Shown here: positions 23,601 through 32,378 of the stretch, in pieces
Numbering within the stretch: the first letter of the stretch is position 1
How the letters are laid out: the number at the start of each line of letters is the position of its first letter
Assembly (NCBI GenBank): GCA_964200075.2
Contig: CAXNAA020000039.1
Span: 1 to 32,378, forward strand
Reading direction: 5' to 3'
Length of the DNA stretch: 32,378 nucleotides
Source of the DNA: Sphacelaria rigidula
Lineage: Eukaryota
Made by a program: the position numbers and the translations under genes
The notes under the pieces: generated by a model
What the model saw: the letters and a program-made list of their open reading frames with translations, nothing else
Databases searched by the model: none
Told to the model about the DNA's origin: nothing

Positions 23601-24433
23601 CCGGGGTGTCCGCCTCCCATCCAACAACCTGCTCCTGCAATCCGTACAGCCGCCCCGGCAAGAAAAACGCGGAAGCGTGCGGGTAGCAACGATGATTGCG
23701 ATGAAAGGCCTGCCCATCGAACTGGAACGAGTAGAAGGGCTGGAGTTGCTCGGGGGCATGGGGGCGGCTTCTAACGGTACACCTTCTGATGCGCGGTCGG
23801 TACGGGATCGACCCATGGGTGTCGCAGCTGCGGCGGCCGCTGCAGCTGAAGCGTACGGTGGTGGAAGCGACAACACCGCTGCTACAAAAATGGGGGGGGC
23901 TGCAGACGGGGCAGGTTTGGAAAAAATAACTTTTGAAATAGGCAGGGGCAGAGTATTCAAGTCTATGCAGTTGCCTCAATCGACGAACCTGTACATATTT
24001 TTCGGTCAGCAATAACCACAACCCTTGTCTTGAGCAAGTGGATCACGGACGGCCAGATGGGTGAGGCGATGATCTAAAGCATTGAATGATAAAGGATATT
24101 CCCTTAGACTTCTACCTTTTAACCCGGAAGGAACCGAGCGTCACGATGCTTTCATGCAAACCTTGGTGCAGCGTCAATTTCACTATCCCAATGCTTCAAG
24201 GAAATCATTTGTTGAACGGTGAAATGATAACTCAAGCCTCACCGTGTACTCTCTCAGGCGTACGGCCGGGAGAGACTAATGCGGGAAAAAAGGGGCTACC
24301 GTTCGGAAAAAAGAATTGCGTTCCCAACGAAGTTTCGCTAGGCGCTGCGGGAAAAATGAGGGCAGAAGCCTCAGCACGAGTTCTGCCAGTCATGCAAGGA
24401 TTTGTCCCGGGTCCCGTGTCAGAGATGCTGGCG
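19993..24433 (+). CDS. ADCY10-like: Soluble adenylyl cyclase (sAC/ADCY10)-like class III nucleotidyl cyclase, 5' part (6 exons, 556 aa; probably continues beyond the window)
   Basis: join(19993..20661,21006..21149,21673..21837,22360..22515,23557..23914,24258..24433); all GT-AG with consistent phases. Motifs LLRAFVPDIL, ADISGFTALSE, GGDIIKIAGDAL, LHVGISCG, LMSGEP and VVVS make up the first (C1) cyclase domain of sAC-type enzymes. The last exon ends in MQGFVPGPVSEMLA, resembling the segment that precedes C2. Confidence 0.9.
21006..21149 (+). CDS. sAC-like exon 2 (ADISGFTALSE; first metal-binding Asp at 21075-21077)
   Basis: Acceptor gagcag|TAT; donor CAG|GTATAT; 144 nt. Confidence 0.92.
21673..21837 (+). 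CDS. sAC-like exon 3 (GGDIIKIAGDAL; second metal-binding Asp at 21748-21750)
   Basis: Acceptor cgccag|ATC; donor GAC|GTGAGT; 165 nt. Confidence 0.92.
22360..22515 (+). CDS. sAC-like exon 4 (LTLHVGISCG...SGEPIGLVAQALDEA)
   Basis: Acceptor aatag|GTT; donor CAG|GTGATC; 156 nt. Confidence 0.9.
23557..23914 (+). CDS. sAC-like exon 5 (end of C1 plus Ala/Gly-rich linker)
   Basis: Acceptor tttttgcag|GTG; donor G|GTTTGG in phase 1, matching exon 6. Confidence 0.8.
24258..24433 (+). CDS. sAC-like exon 6 (linker to ...VMQGFVPGPVSEMLA)
   Basis: Acceptor ctctctcag|GC completes GGC; donor GCG|GTGAGA. Confidence 0.85.
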
Positions 24434-25550
24434 GTGAGACTTGGGGCAGCACCGCGCGTTATGTACTTGAGTATGCTATCCAACCACCAGAATATAGCAT
24501 TGCCACTGTTTCTCACTTGATCATGATGCGAGCACATGGGATCCTATATAGAACGACAGTTGGCTGCGATGCTATGTCTCAGCCTGAATCCTATGTCACG
24601 GATCAGGCTCGTTGGTGCCCAGCCTATTGTACTAGGATATAGTCTAGTCACTACAAGACAGTTGACTGCAAGTGTGGCCCTTTACGCCTAGTGCCGCATG
24701 ATGCATAGATCACATTACACACTTTCTACGATAACCCCCACCCCCCAAACAGGCTAAACCTGTCACGAAGTGCATGGTCTTACAGCACCTGATTTTAGGT
24801 TTCAGGCTGCATGAAGCGCCACATATGGGCGACATTGGCGAAAACGTACCTAAGAGTTGGGATTACCAGCTGCTCGCTGTGCTCCGCTTTTTTATTTCGA
24901 TTTACGTGTAGAGTTTTCCTCACCTAACCAGACACTCTCAGCGGGGGAGCTATCGCAGAAAGTGTCATAATCCTCTCCCGTGACCTCACATCGGTATCAT
25001 GGTTGGATATGTGGGACATGGCTGAAGTTGAGAGTGACAATAGCAGGTGGGGTGCAGTTCTCAATACCAGGTTGTGACCGTCAAAGTAAGCGAGCTTGTG
25101 ATATGAATCCTTCGACCCCCCGGAGAGTGCGGTAGGCACAAACTATCGCTCACACTGGGGCGAGCCATTCCACGATACGAGGTGCCTGAATAATTGCCAA
25201 AGCCTGGAGGTTGATGAGCGGGTTGTACAACGAGACACTGTTACATGTGCACTTTCGTGGAGTAGATACGTCTGTAAGCTACCAAGGTCGAGTGACTGAT
25301 CGATTGCCACGCATTATGTGATCCACTATGCAGCAGTTGTCTTTACAAGATTCGAGTACCCGAGATAAGAATGCAAGCCGGTTATGAAAAAAAGAATCAA
25401 ATATGAAAAGGCGAACATGAACAGAATAATTATGAACACAGGCCAGGCTACGGAATAAAGTTCACGCAGTTGGTTGAATTCTAGAAGAACAGGGGCGGCG
25501 TGGCGGCAAACGGCGTCTTCGACCGCGATGGCTTCCCTGGTTTTGAGAGG

Positions 25551-25909
25551 TGTGGTGTACTCATGAGCTTGCATGTCGTTGTCACAAGACCATTGACATC
25601 GCATCCCTACAGAAGTCGGGACGGAGCACGTCGGGCTGTCGCGGGACCAGGTTCGCAGTTTCCAAGCGCGAAGCGCTGTGATGTATTCGGCGTGTACCAT
25701 GAAGGATGAGCTGCATCCTAAGATTGTTCGACCTGACGCGTGCCGGCTGTCTTGCATGTGGATGACAGCCTCCAATGAGCTGCTTCGTCTCTAGTAGCTT
25801 CACTTCCAGAGACAGCCACGGGTTACAAACTGCCTCATCGGTGTCTCGCCATGTAACACTACGAAGTACGACCATCGCCGCTTGGAGTTCGCGGGCTCCA
25901 CGCCGCACA
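25551..25909 (-). repeat. LTR-like repeat (possible solo LTR), inverted relative to the copy at 32241-32378
   Basis: The reverse complement of 25716-25855 aligns with 32241-32377 (shared gctgtctctggaagtg, ctcattggagg, tgtcatcca, aatcttag). Candidate termini are TGTG...CACA; the TSD is unclear. Confidence 0.55.
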
Positions 25910-26061
25910 ATATGATCTAACTCGACCATCGTCATGGTCACCGCGAAAAACGCGCATGCGAAATATACACAATAACGTGGTTGCCTAGCTTACGCAGTGA
26001 TTGGCGTGTTTTACGGCGTCGTTGCCAACCGACGCCAACCCTCACGAAGGGGGTTCTGAGA

Positions 26062-26062
<1 letters not shown>

Positions 26063-26101
<39 letters not shown>
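26063..26101. repeat. Poly-G homopolymer (G39)
   Basis: Directly visible. Confidence 0.95.
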
Positions 26102-26104
<3 letters not shown>

Positions 26105-26194
26105 GGCGGAGTAACGGTCCCGGGAGACGCATAGACTCATACGGCTGAGGTGGAAAGCACACCAAGAATAAGGGAGAAAAGCGCGAAATAAACC

Positions 26195-26878
26195 GTATGC
26201 AGACATACCTCTGGTTGAAATACAAGGGTCAGGACCTGGGCGTGCCCGACAAGCTTCTCGGCATCAGCATCACTGTGGCCCATGACAGCATCACTTCCGA
26301 TTAACGCGCCTATGCCGAGCGCATTGTCGTGGAAGAAATGGGCTCGACATAAGCACGGAAGAGCTATATGCCCCTCGACCCGGTTGGGGACTTATCAGAG
26401 CAGAAAGTAGACGAGGAGGAGCTGGACGCCTCCCACTTTCCGTGCGCGATGGTTCTCGGAAAATTAATGCTCCCCGCAGAAATGACGCGACTTGATATCT
26501 CCAACAGTGTTCGAGAGCTAGGGCGCCGGGCCGCACTTTCCTTCCTGCGACAGTGGCGGGGACTACAACACGTTCTCCGCTATCTAGCTGGTACGCTTGA
26601 CGTCGCCCTACGGTATGTATGGGCACCGTGAATATCTAGAAGGCACTGGTGGGGTATGCGAACTTGGACTGGGCGAACGATGCCGAAACACGCAGGAGCG
26701 TCACGGGCTACTTCCTGCTCATGAACAAGTCTCCGATATGTGGCAATCCAAACTACGGGCTTCCGTCACTCTTTCTTCTTCAGCAGCGGAACGGACGGCC
26801 ATGGCACAGGGTATGCGCTATTGCATGTTTATTCGAGGCATTCTGGAAGAGGTGGGACTTCTTGAGCATTCCATCTCC
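26195..26878 (+). mobile_element. Decayed Ty1/Copia fragment: RT C-terminal part and RNase H N-terminal part
   Basis: KYKGQDLGVPDKLLGISI, MPLDP, LGKLM, TRLDISNSVREL, VLRYLAGT, GYANLDWANDAETRRSVTGY, WQSKLRASVTLSSSAAE; stops and frameshifts present; 5'-truncated. Confidence 0.9.
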
Positions 26879-27160
26879 TGTACACGTGCAGGTGCATGAT
26901 ACACTGTGTGTCGATTCAACGATTTGGATAATTAGTCGCATGAGGTTAGGTCATGGGATATTCTATGGGGTATGGCCATGACTGCTTGACACATGATATG
27001 TATGCATAGAGATGTTTCTTCCGATAAAGAAGCCTGTGTTGTTGTGAGCAGCATCTGTCTTGAAGTCTCCAAGCCTTAGTGAGAGAGGAAGCCCATGAAG
27101 TAGTCCTGTGACCTTGTTCTGAGTCTATGAGGGTATATTTTAAATGTTTATACTGGGAAC
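26879..27160 (+). repeat. 5' LTR of the Gypsy element (boundaries approximate)
   Basis: 26950-27125 aligns with 31729-31909 at roughly 85% identity by manual count. Followed by TGGTTTCTGAGTC (27165-27177), three mismatches from the tRNA-iMet PBS TGGTATCAGAGCC. Confidence 0.75.
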
Positions 27161-30100
27161 CTGCTGGTTTCTGAGTCGGGTGTTTCAGCTGCGGGCAGTT
27201 GTGCCAGTTGCATACAGAGGTGTATAGTCTGTAACCCGCGAGGACGCTCGCTGAACAACAGAGGGACGGCTACGCTGGCTGGAAGCACTGCGTGAGAGCT
27301 ACACAAGGAAGGATGGCACCTCGCAGGAGAGGTGACAGGAGTGACACAGCCGACGAGGTGAAGTTTAAATTAACTGCACTGATGGTCGGTCGTTCGCTGA
27401 AAGTACCTGAGTACGGACGACGTTTCAGTGAAAGCGAGGCCAGACGGGTTTATCAGAAGTTCGTGGAGTATGAAGCACCCGCGGTTAAAAGCAACAAGGA
27501 GCGTACAGTGCAGGCCGCCTTGTTGACTGTGACAGAATTAGCGCCAAAACACATTCACGCATGTCTATCACGGACAAGTTTTGATGGATCGGTTCTAGAC
27601 GACGACCAACTCATGGAGGCGATCGACAGACATCCCAAATATTGGGAAGATACAGAGATCGATCCTTCGGTTGCTGCAGCTGGCGCGACAAAGGCATTGG
27701 CTGCACGCAGCGGGGAGACCGCCATTGGTGGAGTTAAAGGGCAGTGGTGTGCCCTCCAAGACTATTTCGCCGAGAATGCGAGCGTTGAGTGCGCGTTACG
27801 GGACGATCAGACGTTGAAAGCAGGACCCGTTCAAATTATTACGCGGGAATTACTTGCCGGCATGACCCACCAGAATTCAGGACGAAAGTTGAAAAAAACA
27901 TGCTACAAATGAAGGGTGGTTGGAAAGAGAACCCTGGGGTGGTGTATGATATAGCTCGGGAAGCAGCTGAGGTGTGGAAGATAGGGGAAGCGACTGATGA
28001 CCAGCGCCGTCACCAGCCACACGTGAAACAGGAGAACGGCAGCGGACCCTCCGGGTCCAGGCGACAACCATCGGGTGGGTAAATGGCGACCACCGGAAGT
28101 GGGACTGCCAGCTCTGGAAAATCTCGGAAATCGGGCCCGAGCAATGCGGGCCATTCCGCATGTGGAGATAAGGGCCACTTCCAGAAGGTTTGCAAGCAGC
28201 TAGAGCAAGATTATGCCCCACAAAATTCTGCAGGTGAGCAGACAAGAAGGTCGGCGACATGCAGCAACAGCAGCAGCAGCAGTCGCATGGTCCGGGACAG
28301 GTGCCTCGAGCAGGAGGCAAGGGTCCCGCCCCTGCAAGGACTGTATTTTCAGCCGATGGAGAGGGTTACTCCCAGCGGTGGAGCGCTGCTACCGCCAGGA
28401 CAGGTCGTGTATACTGGTGGCGTGCAGCGAACTATGTCGGCGGAAGCAGTCCCGGATTGGAGAGTATGACACAGTACCGGCGTGGAGATCGCTAAAACCT
28501 GGTGAGTTGTCAAGCTTTCAGTCTGAGGGTCTGAACGTAAATAACCAGGAAATGTGGTATCTCGTTGACGTGTCTGTACCGAGTACAGGGGCAAAGAGCA
28601 TTTATCCGATCATTGCCATTCTAGACTCGGGATATAGAATTAAGACCATGTCAGCGGATGTAGCGGCGAGATGGCAAGCTATGGTTCCAGATGTTCGAGT
28701 GCTCACACCGATGGTTGCTGAACAGTTGGTGAAACCGGCGCCGTGCGAGCGCTTTTAGGCGGGCGCTATGTGGTGATGCGCCTTCTCGTGTCGAGCACTT
28801 GAAGGTTGAATTCAAACCTGGTGCTCTGGTGGTTAAGGTTCGGCCGCGAGCATACTCTCCGGTCAAGGTGACATGGTTGGCACGCTGCATGACGATATTA
28901 GCGGCGTTCGGGCTTGTTTACCGCAGTTTGCTACGCCCAAGAAGGGCGGTTTGCGACTGGTATGCGACTACCATCACGTAAATAAGCAGATTGAGAAGGT
29001 GCCGAATTCAATGCCCAACCACGAGGCAGGGATGATCGATTTGCCGGGGGCTGCTTGCTGAAATATAGATATGCTACAGGAATACTGGCAGATGCCGTTG
29101 GCGGCTGATACCCAAGAAGTTGTTGCCATCGCGACCTCTAGTGGTCTATTTACTCCTAAGCGGGTGCCATAAGGAGTACACAACACAGTGGGGTATTTGC
29201 AGGGCACCATGACGAAGATATGGCTGATCTATCCTGTAAGGTGTGGATAGATGACGTCCTATGGTGGGGGGCAAATAAAGATGGATTATTCCGGACGGTG
29301 GATGCAATTTTGAGCCGCCTGGAAGATGCTGGTGATTTTGCGGCTGTACACAAGCGTATATTTTATGACACTCAAATTACGTGGTGTGGAAAGCTGCTCT
29401 CGGGTGGACAGGTGGCGACCGGGAACCACTGAGCAGTTTGGCGAATATCATGCGTCCTCGAACCGCGGACGAGCTGATGCAATGTCTGCAGGCGATGGAC
29501 TGGCTGCGGACGTCTCTACCGCGCCTCGCTGAGGTGGTGGAAACACTTTGTGTCTGCTAGAGGAAACTATGGCACACAACGTGCGCCGTAGTAAGCGAGT
29601 TGCTTCAAACAGGACAATCGAGGACGCGGTGTGAGCGTTTGAGCATGCGCAAGCTTGGATCGTGACGAAAGAGTTGGTGGCACTCGCCGTTGATATGTCA
29701 CACCCCAAAGGGAGATTTGAGGTGATGATGTTCCCAGACGCGTTGGGCTTCATTGGGGTAGTCTTGTAACAGGTGTCGAGATATGAGACGGACTGCGACG
29801 TAGCGGTGGAGGACATGAGTCATGAGCGACTGGGATTTCTCGGCGGGACGTTTCGTGGAGCGCACCTGCGATGGGCCACGATGGACAAGGAAGGATATGT
29901 CATCGTGAGTACATTTCATAGTTTGGAGTACCTCTTGTGGGGTGTACTCATGGGCTTGCATGTCATAGTCATATGGCCATTGACATCGCATCTTGGCGGG
30001 TGAAGTGACCATACATACTGACCATCGCAATCTCGCTTATATTTTCGATCCCGAAGCGTGTGTGACAACAGTATCGAAAATTGATGCCAAGCGCCTTGAG

Positions 30101-31727
30101 CAATTGAAGACTATGCTCGGGCAGTACGACTGTTCCATCAGGCATATTTCCGGTGTGCGTAACGGCTGGGGGGATTTGCTGTCGCGGTGGATGAATGTTC
30201 CAGCGGTATCCCTTCGAGCCGTCGTGGTTTTGCGAGTGGAGAACCTGATAAAACGCTACCGTAGAAGAAGGCCATTTGTGAACCCCAACAGCAAGCCCGT
30301 GCAGGGGTTAGAGGGTTTGGTTGCTGGAGCTGAGGTGTTCGCTGCCGCTATTGGGTGTGCTTCGAAAGACGGCAAGGCTTTGTTTTGCGTGCATGTTACA
30401 GGAACGGATGTGCGACGGATCCCGCCGAAAGCGAAAGAGTTACAAGCACGCTTGATGGTACCCGTTCACATGAAAGGCGCCGGTCACGAAGGGGTTGTGG
30501 CCACTCTACAGCGATTGCAGGAGGTTTGCTGCTCATTCCGGATGGAGACCCATGCGATCGAGTGTGTGAAGCAGTGCCTGCACTGTTTGGATTCCAAGGA
30601 CGGGGAGAAGGTCCCGCATCCCCTCGGGAGACGGTGTATGATAGTCATCCAGGGGAGGTGATTCATGTCGATTCTCTCTACGTTGGTGAGAGTGGTCCCC
30701 TGGGAGAAAGTGGAGAGAACGAAGGAGATGAGGTCAAGAATATCTTGGTAAGGATGGACGAACTGAGCACCTTCGTGTGGTCGGAGCCCACGGAGCCATA
30801 TACGGCGGTGATGACGATGAAGCATTTGTTGACATGATCCAAAACTGGGGCCACCGGAGGTATAGGTCAGCAATACTGCGTCGCATTACAAGAATAGTGT
30901 GATGACAGCGCTCGAGAAGACGCTGAAGTTCGATCGATGATTTGCGGGTGTCAACTTGCCGTGGTTTAATATTACCAGTGAGCGAATGATGCGTGAGATT
31001 CTTCATACCCTGAAGGCAATGCATCCGGAGGAAAACTGCGATGTTAGTGAATGAGTGGGGTTCGTACCAGCCGTGCAATGGGCATTGAATACCGCTTCCC
31101 GAGAGCGCAATGCCAGCACGCCATACCATGTGATGTTTGGCCGGGCACCGAACACGAGCTTTTCTACTCTGACATCGTCAATCGGGGGTGACTTTAAAGT
31201 CGATGTGCTCGACGAAGACGCTTTGCGGCAGGAGGTGACGCCAACAGTTGAGGTTCAGCAAGAGTTGCTTGCATAAGAAGGTGGGGCAGCGTGTCTAGAA
31301 GAATCGGGATGAACAGAGACGTGTGGCTAGTGAGGGACAGCTTCACAACGTCGTGGTAGGAGATTACGTACTGGCGGCAAGGTGAGGCGTTGGGAAAAAA
31401 CGCCGAAGCTTGTGAGCACGTGGAGGGATCCTTGGCGAATCGTGACGGCGGGAAAACAGCACGTATACGGGGTCCAGAACATTGTGACGGGCGAGGTACA
31501 GGAGGTGCATGTCGCCTGCCTTAGATTTGATGCAAACAAGGAGCTGGAGATTACTGTTGACCTGAAGGAAATGTTCCAGCATGCTCTTGTACAAGGAGAG
31601 ATCGAGATGGTGGTTATCGTCGGTATACCTGAGGATGAGGCAGGAGACGGATTTCTGCGTACGAGTGGAGTGCGTCGGCTTCGACCACGATGCAACTCGT
31701 GGAAGCCGTTAGAAGCTATGTGGATTA

Positions 31728-31938
31728 CGTCATGCGATATTCTATGGGGTGTGACCGTGACTGCTTGGCATGTGACATGCATGCATGGATGTGCGATGTT
31801 ACTTCCGGTAACGAAGGCTGTGTTATTTTGAACAACATCTGTCTTGAAGTCTCCAAGACCGAGTGAGGGAGGAAGCCCTTGGAGCAGTCCTGTGACGTTG
31901 TTCTGAGTCCAGGAGAGTCTCTAGATTTCCACATGACA
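31728..31938 (+). repeat. 3' LTR of the Gypsy element (5'-truncated)
   Basis: Direct repeat of the 5' LTR ending CATGACA. It abuts the chromodomain remnant with no PPT, implying an internal deletion. Confidence 0.8.
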
Positions 31939-32130
31939 CTACCCTGTGGTTTTACAGCAATCGTGGCGCCATCCACACGGCGACAGTCACCGGGTTCAAC
32001 GGCTGCGCGAGACACGTGGCTATGAAGCTAAAAGGTCCGCGGCAATACGTCGAGAAGAAGCTGCTCACCGTGCGATACGTACCGATGAGCGAACAGCTGA
32101 TATGTTCATGCACACCTTTGGAACGAGAAC
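31939..32130 (+). mobile_element. Continuation of the same Copia RNase H after the Gypsy insertion
   Basis: TLWFYSNRGAI...GFNGCARHVAMKLKGPRQYVEKKLLTVRYVPMSEQL, then DMF in a shifted frame, matches the Copia RNase H pattern DN..AI...TKH.D.K...VPT..QLAD. It resumes where 26878 stops. Confidence 0.85.
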
Positions 32131-32240
32131 GCCAACCCGTTGGGCAGGTATTCGTATTTGCGGCTGGACACATGAATGTTATCACAAAAACCTTAGAACG
32201 TGTCCTTCGTTTTACCACTAGTCGCCCCCACCCTACTAAA

Positions 32241-32378
32241 CCTGGTGAGACACCCATGAGGCAGTGTATACGCCGTTGCTGTCTCTGGAAGTGGCGACAC
32301 CAGATAATAAAGCAACTCATTGGAGGTTGTCATCCAAATGCAAGATAATCAGTAGGCTTCGAGCCGAAAAATCTTAGC
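32241..32378 (+). repeat. Probable Copia 3' LTR/3' region, running off the window
   Basis: Follows the Copia RNase H end; homologous to 25716-25855 on the opposite strand. Confidence 0.5.

Larger units (their letters stand above)
26879..31938 (+). mobile_element. Decayed Ty3/Gypsy LTR retrotransposon with chromodomain (chromovirus-like)
   Basis: Domains in order, across several frames with many stops and frameshifts: gag-like ORF 27292-27912; zinc knuckle xSACGDKGHFQKVC (~28153-28194); protease AILDSG (~28615-28632); RT (RPRAYSP, LRLVCDY, YWQMPL, WIDDV); RNase H (FPDA, DHRNL, NGWGDLLSR); integrase (H..GAGH, C..C, IHVDSL, WALNTA, VMFGRAP); chromodomain remnant ~31600-31725. Flanked by direct repeats; starts TG and ends CATGACA. 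Confidence 0.92.

Noticed and set aside
25938..26225. Polyproline ORF
   Set aside because: It is an artefact of the poly-G run.
27292..31831. Gypsy-derived ORFs as functional or domesticated genes
   Set aside because: There are numerous stops and frameshifts, the zinc knuckle and integrase motifs are degenerate, and there are internal deletions.
26874..31943. Target-site duplication of the Gypsy
   Set aside because: The flanks tctcc and ctacc do not match well enough to call a TSD, so the boundaries remain approximate.

Overview
This is eukaryotic, intron-rich nuclear DNA, probably from a brown alga or related stramenopile. That taxon call is an inference from the short exons, long TE-filled introns, (ACAGC)n and poly-G tracts, and a WIDD-type chromodomain Gypsy. 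Two spliced genes sit head-to-head about 1.7 kb apart. (1) A minus-strand 10-exon gene (18284->~2999, ~475 aa) encodes a long coiled-coil protein resembling the ciliary CFAP157/BBOF1 (DUF4515) group; I rebuilt it by hand and all GT-AG phases are consistent. (2) A plus-strand soluble adenylyl cyclase (sAC/ADCY10)-like class III cyclase gene has six coding exons in the window (19993-24433, 556 aa), covering an N-terminal extension with a calmodulin-binding-like helix, the whole first catalytic domain and the linker. Its second cyclase domain probably lies beyond the window, after an intron of more than 7.9 kb. That intron holds a decayed chromodomain Ty3/Gypsy nested inside the RNase H of a decayed Ty1/Copia, plus an inverted LTR-like copy and a G39 run. 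Elsewhere there are two non-autonomous Tc1/mariner-type elements with TA target duplications, a ~280-bp foldback, a palindromic 42-bp satellite, a probable Helitron 3' end and microsatellites. No prokaryotic features or CRISPR arrays were found.
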